This document shows positions 29,939 through 39,335 of a stretch of DNA of 62,785 nucleotides, one piece after another (the first letter of the stretch is position 1; the number at the start of each line of letters is the position of its first letter). The notes under the pieces were generated by a model. That model did no database searches and was not told where the DNA came from. It saw only the letters and a list, made by a program, of their open reading frames with translations. The stretch is from Rhodospirillaceae bacterium. Lineage in GTDB: Bacteria; Pseudomonadota; Alphaproteobacteria; JAEULC01. The position numbers and the translations under genes are program-made. The DNA lies in NCBI GenBank assembly GCA_023266845.1, contig JAHFPH010000002.1, positions 1 to 62,785 on the forward strand, read 5' to 3'.

Positions 29939-30587
29939 CAACATCATCGCGGTCGATGGGCCCGCGGCTTCGGGCAAAGGCACGCTGGCGCGGCGCCTGG
30001 CGCGGCATTTCGGCTTCGCGTATCTCGATTCCGGGCGCCTGTACCGCGCCGTGGCGCTGCGCTGCCTGAAAAACGGCACCGGATCGGACGACGAAAAAGC
30101 CTGCGCCGCCGAGGCCGCCGCCATAACCGAGGTCGATCTGGACGACCCCGCCTTGCGCGACGAGGCGACCGGGCGCTTGGCCAGCCGGGTGGCGGCCCTG
30201 CCCCTGGTGCGCCGGGCGCTGGTGGACTACCAGCGGCGCTTTGCCACACACCCCCCGGACGGCAAGGGCGGCGCGGTGATCGACGGGCGCGATATCGGCA
30301 CGGTCATTTGCCCTGAAGCCGCCGTTAAGCTGTTCATAACCGCAACGGTCGAGGAGCGCGCCAGCCGCCGCTACAAGGAGTTGCTTGGCCAGGGTGCTAC
30401 GGCTATATATCCCGCCGTTCTGCGGGACCTTAGGGACCGCGACGCCCGCGATACCAATCGCGCGGTCGCCCCTTTGGCCCGGGCGGAAGACGCGCTTCAG
30501 ATCGACACCACGTCGATGGACGCCGACGCCGCCTTCGCCGCCGCGCTTCGGTACGCCGAAAAACGGCTGGCCCCCGGAACGAAGTGA
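29925..30587 (+). CDS. cmk: Cytidylate kinase
   Basis: [20 protein letters not shown] (P-loop) and [11 protein letters not shown] start overlaps the aroA tail by 14 nt. Confidence 0.9.
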   Translation: MGASNNIIAVDGPAASGKGTLARRLARHFGFAYLDSGRLYRAVALRCLKNGTGSDDEKACAAEAAAITEVDLDDPALRDEATGRLASRVAALPLVRRALVDYQRRFATHPPDGKGGAVIDGRDIGTVICPEAAVKLFITATVEERASRRYKELLGQGATAIYPAVLRDLRDRDARDTNRAVAPLARAEDALQIDTTSMDADAAFAAALRYAEKRLAPGTK

Positions 30588-30700
30588 ACCCGCACGCCGT
30601 CCGATTGCCGGGAGACCGGTCCCGGGCGGCGGGCATTGTCGCGTAAGACCGCCGGATACAACCGGTCGGCCTGAATAGATGTGAAAGGATGCACTTACCT

Positions 30701-32446
30701 ATGGCTCGAGCCGCCACCGCCACCCCCACCGCGAAATCCGCCCCGCCGAAAGACAGCTTCGCCGCCCTCTTGGATGAAACCCTGGGCGCGGGCAACGGGC
30801 TTGAAGGCAGCGTCATCAAGGGCAAGGTCGTGTCGATCGAAAACGACACGGCGCTGATCGATGTCGGCCTGAAATCCGAGGGTCGCGTGCCGTTGCGCGA
30901 ATTCTCCGTTCCCGGACGCCCGTCCGAGATCCGCGTCGGCGACATGGTGGAAGTCTATCTGGAGCGGATGGAGGACAAGAACGGCGAGGCCATGCTGTCG
31001 CGCGACAAGGCCAAGCGCGAGGAGGCGTGGACGCTGCTGGAAAAATCGTTCCAGGAGAACAAGCGGGTCGAGGGCGTGATTTTCGGCCGCGTGAAGGGCG
31101 GCTTCACGGTCGACCTGTCGGGCGCCGTGGCGTTCCTGCCCGGCAGCCAGGTGGACATCCGCCCGGTGCGCGATATCGGCCCGCTGATGGGCAGCCCGCA
31201 GCCTTTCCAGATCCTCAAGATGGACCGCTCGCGCGGCAACATCGTGGTGTCGCGCCGCGCGGTGCTCGAGGAAAGCCGCGCCGAGCAGCGCTCGGAGCTG
31301 GTCGCCAACCTGAAGGAAGGCCAGGTACTGCAGGGCGTCGTCAAGAACATCACAGATTACGGTGCGTTCGTGGATTTGGGCGGGGTGGACGGCCTGTTGC
31401 ACGTCACCGACATCGCCTGGCGGCGCATCAACCATCCCTCCGACGCGCTGCATATCGGCCAGAACGTGACCGTCCAGGTAATCCGCTTCAACCCCGAAAC
31501 CCAGCGCATCAGCCTGGGCATGAAGCAGCTCGAGGCCGATCCGTGGGACGGCGTGGTGGCGAAGTACCCGAAGGGCACCAAGTTCAAGGGCCGCGTCACC
31601 AACATCACGGACTACGGCGCGTTCGTCGAGCTGGAGCCGGGCATCGAAGGCCTGGTGCATGTCAGCGAGATGAGCTGGACCAAGAAGAACGTGCATCCCG
31701 GCAAGATCGTCTCGACCAGCCAAGAGGTCGAGGTGATGGTGCTGGACGTCGACCCGCAGAAGCGCCGCATCAGCCTGGGCCTGAAGCAGACCTTGGCCAA
31801 TCCGTGGGAGGCGTTCCTCGAGAAGTACACGCCGGGCGCCGAGATCGAAGGCGAGGTGAAGAACATCACCGAGTTCGGCCTGTTCGTGGGCCTGCCGGGC
31901 GACATCGACGGCATGGTGCACCTCAGCGACCTCTCGTGGGACAAACCGGGCGACCAGGCGATCCAGGGCTTCAAGAAAAACGACCGCGTGAAGGTGAAGG
32001 TCCTGGACGTGGACGTGGGGAAAGAGCGCGTCAGCCTGGGCATCAAGCAGCTGCAGAGCGACCCGTTCGAGTCGGGCGCGGCGAAGCTGAACAAGGGCTC
32101 CGTGGTCACCTGCACCGTCACGGCCGTGCACGACAACGGCCTGGATGTGACCGTGTCCGACGGCGTGCCCGGCTTCATCCGCAAGGCCGATTTGTCGCGC
32201 GACCGCGCCGAGCAGCGACCCGACCGCTTCGCGGTCGGCGAAAAGGTGGACGCCAAGATCACGGCGATCGACAAGGCCACGCGGCGCCTCACGCTGTCGG
32301 TCAAGGCGCGCGAGGTCGAGGAAGAGAAGCAGGCAATGGCCGAATTCGGCTCGTCCGATTCCGGCGCGTCGCTGGGCGACATCCTGGGCGCGGCGCTGAA
32401 GTCCAAACAGGACAAGCAGGACGATAAACAGGACAAGGACGAGTAG
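30701..32446 (+). CDS. rpsA: 30S ribosomal protein S1
   Basis: Six S1 repeats (for example GVVKNITDYGAFVDLGGVDGLLHVTD and GRVTNITDYGAFVELEPGIEGLVHVSE). I prefer ATG 30701 because AAAGGA lies 12 nt upstream. ATG 30689 abuts the SD. Confidence 0.95.
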   Translation: MARAATATPTAKSAPPKDSFAALLDETLGAGNGLEGSVIKGKVVSIENDTALIDVGLKSEGRVPLREFSVPGRPSEIRVGDMVEVYLERMEDKNGEAMLSRDKAKREEAWTLLEKSFQENKRVEGVIFGRVKGGFTVDLSGAVAFLPGSQVDIRPVRDIGPLMGSPQPFQILKMDRSRGNIVVSRRAVLEESRAEQRSELVANLKEGQVLQGVVKNITDYGAFVDLGGVDGLLHVTDIAWRRINHPSDALHIGQNVTVQVIRFNPETQRISLGMKQLEADPWDGVVAKYPKGTKFKGRVTNITDYGAFVELEPGIEGLVHVSEMSWTKKNVHPGKIVSTSQEVEVMVLDVDPQKRRISLGLKQTLANPWEAFLEKYTPGAEIEGEVKNITEFGLFVGLPGDIDGMVHLSDLSWDKPGDQAIQGFKKNDRVKVKVLDVDVGKERVSLGIKQLQSDPFESGAAKLNKGSVVTCTVTAVHDNGLDVTVSDGVPGFIRKADLSRDRAEQRPDRFAVGEKVDAKITAIDKATRRLTLSVKAREVEEEKQAMAEFGSSDSGASLGDILGAALKSKQDKQDDKQDKDE

Positions 32447-32470
32447 GCGGCGCGGGCGGCGTAGCCCCGC

Positions 32471-33391
32471 ATGACCCTCATCTCCGACCAGGCCATCGAC
32501 CGCCGGCGTCTGAAGCGCCGCCTGTCGGTCTGGCGGGCGCTCGCGGTCATAGCGCTGGCGGCGCTAGCGGCCGCCGCCATCGGCCGCGCATCGGGCGTTT
32601 CGCCGGGCGGGCGCATCGCCCGCGTCACCATCAAGGACGTCATCGTCCACGACCTGGAGCGCGACGAAGCCATCGTCGCGCTTGCCAAGAAGCGCGGCGT
32701 CAAGGCGGTGATCGTGCACCTGGACACGCCCGGCGGCACGGTGGTCGGCGGCGAGCGGCTTTACCTGGCGCTCCGCAAGCTGGCCGAGAAAAAGCCGGTG
32801 GTCGCGGTGATGGACACGACCGCCGCCTCGGCCGGCTACATGGTGGCGCTGGGCGCGGACCGTCTGATCGCCAACAGCGGTTCGGTGACCGGCTCGATCG
32901 GCGTGCTGCTGCAGACCACCGACATCACCAAGCTGCTGGAGACCATCGGCGTCAACGCCGAGGCGATCAAGAGCGGCACCCTGAAAGGCGTGCCCTCGCC
33001 GCTGGAAAAGCTGGACGCCGAGGGCCGCCGCGCCACCAAGGAGGTGGTCGACGACATCTACGCCATGTTCGTGGATCTGGTGGCCGAGCGGCGCAAGCTG
33101 CCGCGCGCCCAGGCCCTGACGCTGGCCGACGGGCGCATCTATACCGGCCGCCAGGCGCTGGCCAAGGGGCTGGTGGACGAGCTGGGCGGCGAGCCCGAGG
33201 CCCTGGCCTGGCTCAAGAAGGAACGGGGCGTGGACGATAAGCTTCCGGTCAAAGACGTGGAGCTGGAGCACCCACCCGGCGTCCTGGCCTCGATTGCCCG
33301 GTTTTTCGGCGCGCGCCTGCTGGGCGGAAAAATGCTTTTATCCGAGAGACTTACACTTGACGGGTTGGTGTCGGTTTGGCACCCTGAATGA
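32471..33391 (+). CDS. sppA: Signal peptide peptidase SppA, 36K type (S49)
   Basis: N-terminal TM anchor. [28 protein letters not shown] (Ser nucleophile region) and the downstream GxLKG region. Confidence 0.85.
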   Translation: MTLISDQAIDRRRLKRRLSVWRALAVIALAALAAAAIGRASGVSPGGRIARVTIKDVIVHDLERDEAIVALAKKRGVKAVIVHLDTPGGTVVGGERLYLALRKLAEKKPVVAVMDTTAASAGYMVALGADRLIANSGSVTGSIGVLLQTTDITKLLETIGVNAEAIKSGTLKGVPSPLEKLDAEGRRATKEVVDDIYAMFVDLVAERRKLPRAQALTLADGRIYTGRQALAKGLVDELGGEPEALAWLKKERGVDDKLPVKDVELEHPPGVLASIARFFGARLLGGKMLLSERLTLDGLVSVWHPE

Positions 33392-33452
33392 AAGCCCGGC
33401 GGCCGGGGGGATGGCCGAACAGGGTGGTACAGGGGAATCGGGGACGGGGGCA

Positions 33453-33740
33453 ATGACGAAATCGGAGCTGATCCTGCGTCTGGCAGAGCGCAATCCGCAT
33501 CTGTACCAGCGCGACGTCGAGCGCATCGTGGCCACGGTCTTCGACGAGGTTTCGGCCGCGTTGTCGCGCGGCCAACGCGTGGAATTGCGCGGTTTCGGCG
33601 CGTTCTCGGTGAAGCGGCGCGACGCGCGCCAGGGCCGCAACCCGCGCACCGGCGAGACGGTGGCGGTGACCAGCAAGCGCATCCCCTTCTTCAAGACCGG
33701 CAAGCAGCTGCGCGACCGCCTCAACGACAAGGCGTCCTGA
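33453..33740 (+). CDS. ihfB: Integration host factor subunit beta
   Basis: [17 protein letters not shown]...[28 protein letters not shown]...[15 protein letters not shown]. The ORF extension upstream of ATG 33453 is non-homologous. Confidence 0.9.
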   Translation: MTKSELILRLAERNPHLYQRDVERIVATVFDEVSAALSRGQRVELRGFGAFSVKRRDARQGRNPRTGETVAVTSKRIPFFKTGKQLRDRLNDKAS

Positions 33741-33785
33741 GGCCCCGGCGGGGCCGTAACCCGGACAGGGGCGGAGGGCGGCTTC

Positions 33786-34166
33786 ATGGCGGACGGACGC
33801 GGCTCCCCTCTCAAGCGCATTTTCGGTTGGCTGATCTTCCTGCCCGTGCTGGCGGGGGCGGTGCTGTTCGCCCTGGCCAATCGCGGCGCGCTGACGATCA
33901 GCTTCTGGCCAGCGCCGTATACGGTCACGACGCCGGTCTACTTGGCCGCGTTCGCGGCGATCCTCAGCGGGTTCTTCCTGGGCGGCGTGTTCGCCTGGAT
34001 CGGCTTTGGCCGCAAGCGCGCCCTGCTGCGCAAGCGGGCGCGCGAGATCGAGCGCCTGAAAAGCGAGATCGCCGAGCTGAAGCGCCAAGCGCCCGCGCCG
34101 GCCAAGCCCACGGAAGCCGAGGCGGCGGAAACCGCGCGGCGCCAGCTCGTCGCCGCCCAGAGCTGA
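33786..34166 (+). CDS. LapA-domain (DUF1049) inner-membrane protein
   Basis: Two TM helices followed by a coiled-coil RKRAREIERLKSEIAELKRQ. The position after ihfB is typical for Alphaproteobacteria (from memory). Confidence 0.6.
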   Translation: MADGRGSPLKRIFGWLIFLPVLAGAVLFALANRGALTISFWPAPYTVTTPVYLAAFAAILSGFFLGGVFAWIGFGRKRALLRKRAREIERLKSEIAELKRQAPAPAKPTEAEAAETARRQLVAAQS

Positions 34167-34179
34167 GGCCCCTTTCGTC

Positions 34180-35130
34180 ATGCGCCTGATCGACGCGGCT
34201 GAGGTCCACGCGGCGCTAGACTACGCCGCGCTCACCGACCGGCTGGAGCGCATGTTTCGCGAGGGCTGCGAGCTGCCGGTGCGCCATCACCACGTCATCA
34301 AGACGCCGCAAGGCCCAAGGGGCGGATTGGACGGCACGCTGCTGCTGATGCCGGCCTGGCAGGTGGGCAAGCATTTCGGCGTGAAAATGGTGACGGTGTT
34401 CCCGGACAACGCGCAAAAATCCCTGCCCGCGGTGATGGGGCTTTACCTGCTGGCCGACGCCACGACCGGAAACCCGATCGCGCTGATCGACGGGCCGTCG
34501 ATCACCGTGCGCCGCACCGCTTCCGCCTCGGCGCTGGCCAGCCGCTATCTGTCGCGCGACGACGCCAAGGTCATGCTGATGGTCGGTGCCGGGGCGCTGG
34601 CGCCGCATCTGATCGCCGCCCATGCCGCCACGCGGCCGATCTCCAAGGCCCTGATTTGGGCGCGCGATGAAAACAAAGCGCGGGCCCTGGCCGCCTCGTT
34701 CAAGGATGCGAAATTTCAGGCGATCGCGGCGAAGGATTTGGCGAGCGCCGTCGCCGAAGCCGACATCGTTTCCTGCGCCACCTTGTCGAAGGAGCCGCTG
34801 GTGCGGGGCGCGTGGCTTAAAGCCGGCGCGCATGTCGATCTGGTGGGCGCGTTCACGCCCGAGATGCGCGAATCGGACGACGAATCGATCCGCCGCGCGC
34901 GCGTGTTCGTGGACACACGCTCAGGCGCGCTGAAGGAAGGCGGCGACGTGGTGCAGCCCTTGCGCTCGGGCGTGCTGAAGCCCGAGGGCGTGGTGGCCGA
35001 TTTGTTCGAGTTGACGCGGGCCGAGAAAAAAGGTCGAACCGGGCCGCGGGAGATAACCCTGTTCAAGTCGGTCGGCACGGCGCTGGAGGATCTGGCGGCG
35101 GCCGAGCTGACGGTGGAGCGAACGGCATGA
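34180..35130 (+). CDS. Ornithine cyclodeaminase / mu-crystallin family protein
   Basis: 316 aa. Rossmann segment MLMVGAGALAPHLIAAHA and family-typical VKMVTVFPDN and DLVGAFTPEMRE. Confidence 0.8.
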   Translation: MRLIDAAEVHAALDYAALTDRLERMFREGCELPVRHHHVIKTPQGPRGGLDGTLLLMPAWQVGKHFGVKMVTVFPDNAQKSLPAVMGLYLLADATTGNPIALIDGPSITVRRTASASALASRYLSRDDAKVMLMVGAGALAPHLIAAHAATRPISKALIWARDENKARALAASFKDAKFQAIAAKDLASAVAEADIVSCATLSKEPLVRGAWLKAGAHVDLVGAFTPEMRESDDESIRRARVFVDTRSGALKEGGDVVQPLRSGVLKPEGVVADLFELTRAEKKGRTGPREITLFKSVGTALEDLAAAELTVERTA

Positions 35131-35840
35131 GCGCGGGCAACCCGGTCTTCGTCGCGCTCGACACCACCGATCTCGGCGCGGCGAAAGCCTGGGCCAAGCG
35201 CCTTAAGGGCAGCGTGGGCGGCGTCAAGCTGGGGCTGGAATTCTTCGCCGCGCGGGGGCCGGCGGGAATCCGCGCGGTGATGGGCGAGGCGCCCGGCCTG
35301 CCGTTGTTCCTGGACCTGAAGCTGCACGACATTCCCAACACCGTTGCGGGCGCGGTGCGCGCTGTGGCGGGCTTGAAGCCGCGCTATCTGACCGTCCACG
35401 CTTCCGGCGGCCCGGCGATGCTGCGCGCGGCGGCGGAAGCGGCCGCCCAATCGGGCAAGGACCGCGTGCGGCTTTTGGGCGTGACGATTCTGACCAGCCT
35501 GGATTCCAGCGACCTCAAGCGCGTGGGTTTCGCCGAGCGGGCGATGGACCAGCACGTCGCGGCGCTCGCCGCCCTGGCGCAGGACTGCGGCCTGGACGGG
35601 GTGATCTGCTCGCCGCACGAAGTCGCCGACTTGCGCCGTGCGATGGGCGGGGAGTTCGTGCTGATGGTGCCGGGTGTGCGGCCCCGCTGGGCCGATGCCG
35701 GCGACCAGAAGCGCGTGATGACCCCGGCCGAGGCGATGCGCGCGGGCGCCACGCATCTGGTGATCGGCCGGCCGATCACCAAGGCCGCCGATCCCGAGGC
35801 CGCTGCCCGGAAAATCTCGCAGGAGCTGGCGGCGGCTTAA
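35127..35840 (+). CDS. pyrF: Orotidine 5-prime-phosphate decarboxylase
   Basis: VFVALDT...GGVKLGLEFF...FLDLKLHDIPNTV...LVIGRPIT. ATGA overlap with the upstream gene. Confidence 0.9.
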   Translation: MSAGNPVFVALDTTDLGAAKAWAKRLKGSVGGVKLGLEFFAARGPAGIRAVMGEAPGLPLFLDLKLHDIPNTVAGAVRAVAGLKPRYLTVHASGGPAMLRAAAEAAAQSGKDRVRLLGVTILTSLDSSDLKRVGFAERAMDQHVAALAALAQDCGLDGVICSPHEVADLRRAMGGEFVLMVPGVRPRWADAGDQKRVMTPAEAMRAGATHLVIGRPITKAADPEAAARKISQELAAA

Positions 35841-35850
35841 CGGCTCACGG

Positions 35851-35921
35851 CCTCATCCTTCGACAAGCTCAGGATGAGACCGTAACCAACCCCCTCATGC
35901 TGAGCTTGTCGAAGCATGAGG
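35851..35921. repeat. REP-like palindromic element, inverted pair (copies A and B)
   Basis: Hairpin A: CTCATCCT (35852-35859) / AGGATGAG (35871-35878), loop TCGACAAGCTC. Hairpin B: CCCTCATGC (35892-35900) / GCATGAGGG (35913-35921), loop TGAGCTTGTCGAA. B is the reverse complement of A with compensated stem changes. The same core recurs at 41425-41514. Confidence 0.7.
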
Positions 35922-35934
35922 GCCGGCCGATGGC

Positions 35935-36471
35935 TCAGCCGATCATCTCGATCGAGCCGTTGAGCGACATGATGCCGGTTTCGACGCCCAGCGTCGGATG
36001 GCGCTTGGTCACCTGCAGGCGGAACGCGCGCAGGATGCTGAGATGCGTGCCGCGCTCCCGTTCGGGCGTGGAGACCGCGCCCTCGCCATAGGCGATCTTG
36101 ACCGCGCTGCAATCCAGATGCGTCAGGCCGAACACGCGCTTGATGCTGTGCAGCTTGATGGTGGCGCCGAGATTCTCCCAGACCGCGTATTGCCATTTCT
36201 GGAACGCGGGCGCGACCGCCGCGGCCGGCCCGCCGGCCAGCGCCACTTGGCTGTATTCGCCGCGCAGCCTGCGCGCCTCCATCTGCTCGTGGACCTCGTG
36301 CACCAGGCGCGGGTCCATGCACGACAGCAGCATGAATTCCGAGTCGCCACCGGCCGCGAACGCGACGGGCGCGAGGCCCAGGGCGGCGGCGCCGAGGCCC
36401 ATACCCAGGAAATGCCGGCGCGACAGCCCGGCGCAGCACGAACAGCCCATGCGCATTTTAGCTCCCTTCAT
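35935..36471 (-). CDS. Tat-exported beta-carbonic-anhydrase-like protein (putative)
   Basis: Twin-arginine motif SRRHFLGMG, hydrophobic region and AFAAG cleavage-like site. The mature part carries beta-CA-like zinc-ligand motifs C-x-D-x-R (SCMDPRL) and H-x-x-C (THLDCSA), plus an intervening GEYSQVALAGG segment. ATG 36471 forms an ATGA overlap with the upstream stop. Confidence 0.5.
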   Translation of the reverse strand: MKGAKMRMGCSCCAGLSRRHFLGMGLGAAALGLAPVAFAAGGDSEFMLLSCMDPRLVHEVHEQMEARRLRGEYSQVALAGGPAAAVAPAFQKWQYAVWENLGATIKLHSIKRVFGLTHLDCSAVKIAYGEGAVSTPERERGTHLSILRAFRLQVTKRHPTLGVETGIMSLNGSIEMIG

Positions 36472-37211
36472 TCCGGCTCGCCGTCCGCGAGCCATTTCTT
36501 GTAGTCGGCCACGGCTTTTTCGCCCGGCGGATAGAGCCCGTCGATCGAGCGGCCGCGCTTGACCTCGCGCAGCACGAATTTTTCCAGCCGCTCCTGCTCA
36601 TAGGCGTCGCGCGCCAGCTCGTCCGCCATGTGGCGCGGAATCACCACGGCGCCGTCCAGGTCGGTGGCGACCACGTCGCCCGGGAACACCGCCACGCCGC
36701 CGCAGCCGATCGGAATGCCCAGATCGACGCACATCACCTCGTTCATGCTGGCGGGCGCTGCCGCGCCGTCGCATAGCACCGTCAGCCCGACGGAGGCCAC
36801 GCCGACGGCGTCGCGCACCGGCCCGTCGCTGACCACGCCCGCGACGCCGCGCGATTTCAGCCGCGCCACCAGAATGTCGCCCAGCGTGCCGCAATTCTCG
36901 GCGCCGCCCGCGTCGATCACCAGCACCGAGCCTGCAGGCGCGGTCTCGACCGCCACGCGGTGCGGCAGCATGGGACCCGGCTTGGGCGGGCCGGCCAGGT
37001 CCTCGCGCATCGGGATGTAGCGCAGGGTGAAGGCCGGGCCCACGCAGCGCGCGTAGCGGGGGTCGAGCGGCCGCGCGCGCTTGATCGCGCCGTGGCGCAG
37101 ACCGCGCTTCAGAAGCTGCATGGTGATGGTGGCGGTGCTGGCGTATCTGAGCTTCTCGAGCGTGTCGTTCGCCAGCGGTTTTTGTTGTTCCGTCATTCCC
37201 GCTTCTCCCAA
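36468..37211 (-). CDS. RraA-family protein (RraA / 4-hydroxy-4-methyl-2-oxoglutarate aldolase / oxaloacetate decarboxylase-like)
   Basis: GPAFTLRYIP...SVLVIDAGGAENCGTLGDILVARLKSRGVAGVVSDGPVRD...VVIP is the family core. Confidence 0.8.
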   Translation of the reverse strand: MGEAGMTEQQKPLANDTLEKLRYASTATITMQLLKRGLRHGAIKRARPLDPRYARCVGPAFTLRYIPMREDLAGPPKPGPMLPHRVAVETAPAGSVLVIDAGGAENCGTLGDILVARLKSRGVAGVVSDGPVRDAVGVASVGLTVLCDGAAAPASMNEVMCVDLGIPIGCGGVAVFPGDVVATDLDGAVVIPRHMADELARDAYEQERLEKFVLREVKRGRSIDGLYPPGEKAVADYKKWLADGEPE

Positions 37212-37903
37212 CGAAGCTTGGCGGCGGCGGCGCAGGCCGCCAGCACTTCCCTGAGCTGCTCTTCCAGCCCGCCCTTGCCCGGCGCGAACGAACCGTCGAA
37301 CGCCGCCGTGCCGATGGTAAAGGCGTCGGCCCCGGCGCGTTGCAAGTCGTTCACGCGCGCGGGCGAGTTCACGCTGCCGGCGACGATCAGCCAGGCCTCG
37401 CCCAGGGTCGTTTTGGCGGCGCGCACCAGGTCAAGCGGGTCGGCCTCGGTCGCGCGATAGGCCAAGAGGTCCACCCCGGCGCATTTCTTCGCCAGGAAAT
37501 CGCGGCAATGCCCAGCGATGTCCATGGGCCTGCCGCCGAGCTTGGTGGGATGGCCCTGCGGAAATCCCGGAAAGGGATAGTACTGGATCGCCGTGCCGGC
37601 CAGGATCGCCTGGACCTCGTCCACCTGCGTGCCGCCCAAGAGGCAGTCGACGCCCAGCTCCGCCGCGACCCGCGCCGAGGTCAGGCAGTCCTCGGCCGTG
37701 GTGCTGACCACTTCCATGTAGCTGATGGCGTCCATCGCCTTGATCCGTGCGTGCAATCGCTTGAGCATCTCGGGTGGCACGCCCACGTCCTTGAAGCCGA
37801 CATGGCGCAGCCCCTTTTCCACCAGCGGCGCGATGCGATCGGCCACCGCCAGGCAATCGGCGACCGTGCGGTCGTCGCGCGTCAGCATGAAGATGAATTC
37901 CAT
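37193..37903 (-). CDS. Hypothetical TIM-barrel-like protein (ribulose-phosphate-binding-barrel-like), 236 aa
   Basis: Start at ATG 37903 (MEFIFMLTRDD) preceded by GGAGAC. Alternating beta/alpha pattern ending in LIVAGSVNSPARVNDLQRAGADAFTIGTAAF (phosphate-binding-like). The upstream 260 aa of the 498-aa ORF are Arg/Ala/Gly junk overlapping the anti-sigma gene. Confidence 0.5.
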   Translation of the reverse strand: MEFIFMLTRDDRTVADCLAVADRIAPLVEKGLRHVGFKDVGVPPEMLKRLHARIKAMDAISYMEVVSTTAEDCLTSARVAAELGVDCLLGGTQVDEVQAILAGTAIQYYPFPGFPQGHPTKLGGRPMDIAGHCRDFLAKKCAGVDLLAYRATEADPLDLVRAAKTTLGEAWLIVAGSVNSPARVNDLQRAGADAFTIGTAAFDGSFAPGKGGLEEQLREVLAACAAAAKLRWEKRE

Positions 37904-38034
37904 TGTCTCCGCCCGGCGCTCCCCGGGAAGACTTCTAGCAGGCGGCGGGAGCGGTGTGAAATCCCGCCTGCGCTTCATGCTTTGCATGAAGCTTCGGCGG
38001 GCAGGCCCGCCGTAGCTCGAAGTGCGAAGGCGGG

Positions 38035-38805
38035 TCAGCCCTCGAGCTGCTCGTACACCTTGCGCGCGATGCCCAGCAGCTCCTCGCGTCCGAACTGGCC
38101 GGTGATGGCATAGCCCATCGGCCCGTCGATCCAATAGAACACGCCCACTCCGCCTTCGTCGCCATAACGGAAGGCGGTTTCGCGCAGGCCGTTGATGTCG
38201 GCGCGGACATAAAGGGTCATGCGCCGGCCTTGCGCGTTTTCGTACATGAATTGCGCGGCGGTGCCGCTTTCGCCCGGCAGCAGCCGCCCGCCCACCAGCT
38301 TGAAGCCGATCGTGTCGAGCTTCGGCACCTTGAGCTGATGCTTGAGGCGGTTGCTGAGCCAGCGCACGAGATGCTCTTCCTCGTCCGCGCCGACCTCGAC
38401 CGGGTGCCGCTTCTCGACCGCGTAGACGATGTGCGCGATCGCCGCGGGTCGCACCATCGCGATCTGCTCCTGACGGCTTTTGATCATCGAGTCGCGCGCG
38501 TACCAACCGCCCGTAGCGCCCACGACCAGCAGCGCCAGCGCGGCGGCGGCGTAACCGGCGCCGGCCCAGCGCGCCCGCCACGACGACGCGCGCGGCGGGT
38601 TCAGCAGGCGCTCCGGCGCCGGCTCTTCCAGCACGTGGTCGTACAGCGCATGAAGGCCTGTGTTGATGCGTTGGTAATCGGCCACGCAACGCGCCTCGGG
38701 CAACTCGGCCAGCGCGGCCGTCATTTCGGCCGCGCGCGCCGGATCCAGCTGCCCGTCGGCCAGCGCGTGCAAGTCGTTGGCGTCGGGCCGGCGCGGACCG
38801 GTCAT
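38035..38805 (-). CDS. Anti-sigma factor, single-pass membrane protein (non-zinc anti-sigma domain)
   Basis: ATGA overlap with the sigma gene stop. N-terminal LHALADGQLDPARAAEMTAALAELPEARCVADYQRI (no HxxxCxxC), TM segment GYAAAALALLVVGATGGWY, and a periplasmic domain paralogous to that of 54633-55388. Confidence 0.7.
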   Translation of the reverse strand: MTGPRRPDANDLHALADGQLDPARAAEMTAALAELPEARCVADYQRINTGLHALYDHVLEEPAPERLLNPPRASSWRARWAGAGYAAAALALLVVGATGGWYARDSMIKSRQEQIAMVRPAAIAHIVYAVEKRHPVEVGADEEEHLVRWLSNRLKHQLKVPKLDTIGFKLVGGRLLPGESGTAAQFMYENAQGRRMTLYVRADINGLRETAFRYGDEGGVGVFYWIDGPMGYAITGQFGREELLGIARKVYEQLEG

Positions 38806-39317
38806 TTGACTCTCCTGAGCGCGGGCACGGCCTCGCCCGACAGCGCGCGGCGCAGCCGCTCGCGCGCGCGATGCAGCCGCGACATGACGGTGCCCAGCGG
38901 CAGGTCGAGGATTTCCGCCACCTCGTCGTAGCGCATCTGCTCGAGCCCCACCAGCAGCACCACCGCGCGCTGGTCCACCGGCAACCCCGCGATCGCGGCC
39001 GACAGCGCGTTCAGCTCGAGGCGCTGTTCCTGATTCGGCGGCGTGGACGGCATGATCAGCGTCTCGTCGATCGGATCGTGGCGGGGCCGGCGCTTGGCCT
39101 GACGCACGGCGTTGGCGTTGAGGTTGTGCATGATCGTGAACAGCCAAGCCCGCATGTTGCCGTCGCGGCGCCAAAGTCCCAGGCGGCTCCACGCCCTCTC
39201 CAAGCTGTCCTGCACCAGATCGTCGGCGCGGTCGCGTTCGCCCACCAGCGCCCGCGCGTAGCGGCGCAGGTGCGGGATCTGGTCGGTCACCAGCCGTTTG
39301 AGCTCGTCGTCCGCCAA
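38802..39317 (-). CDS. ECF-type RNA polymerase sigma-70 factor
   Basis: Region 2: DRADDLVQDSLERAW...WLFTIMHN. Region 4: MRYDEVAEILDLPLGTVMSRLHRARERL. TTG start. Confidence 0.9.
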   Translation of the reverse strand: MADDELKRLVTDQIPHLRRYARALVGERDRADDLVQDSLERAWSRLGLWRRDGNMRAWLFTIMHNLNANAVRQAKRRPRHDPIDETLIMPSTPPNQEQRLELNALSAAIAGLPVDQRAVVLLVGLEQMRYDEVAEILDLPLGTVMSRLHRARERLRRALSGEAVPALRRVK

Positions 39318-39335
39318 AGGGAAACGCCCCCTTAA

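Noticed and set aside
30695-32131. 478-aa minus-strand ORF antisense to rpsA. Similar antisense ORFs lie opposite ffh (45217-46743), leuC (49535-50905), hemA (60984-62207), the ABC permeases (55544-57322) and the SBP (57654-59411, apart from its last 249 nt).
   Set aside because: All are antisense to unmistakable housekeeping genes and have shadow-ORF composition. Only the last 249 nt of the 57654-59411 frame (59163-59411) encode a real product, the small GlsB-family protein.
37904-38689. N-terminal 260 aa of the 498-aa ORF 37193-38689. N-terminal extensions of ORFs 57366-59975, 49169-50977, 49951-51489, 51249-52628, 33294-33740 and 9201-11315 are analogous.
   Set aside because: The extensions are Arg/Ala/Gly-rich and overlap other well-supported genes in another frame. 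Internal ATG or GTG codons with Shine-Dalgarno-like sequences give products that begin where family homology begins.
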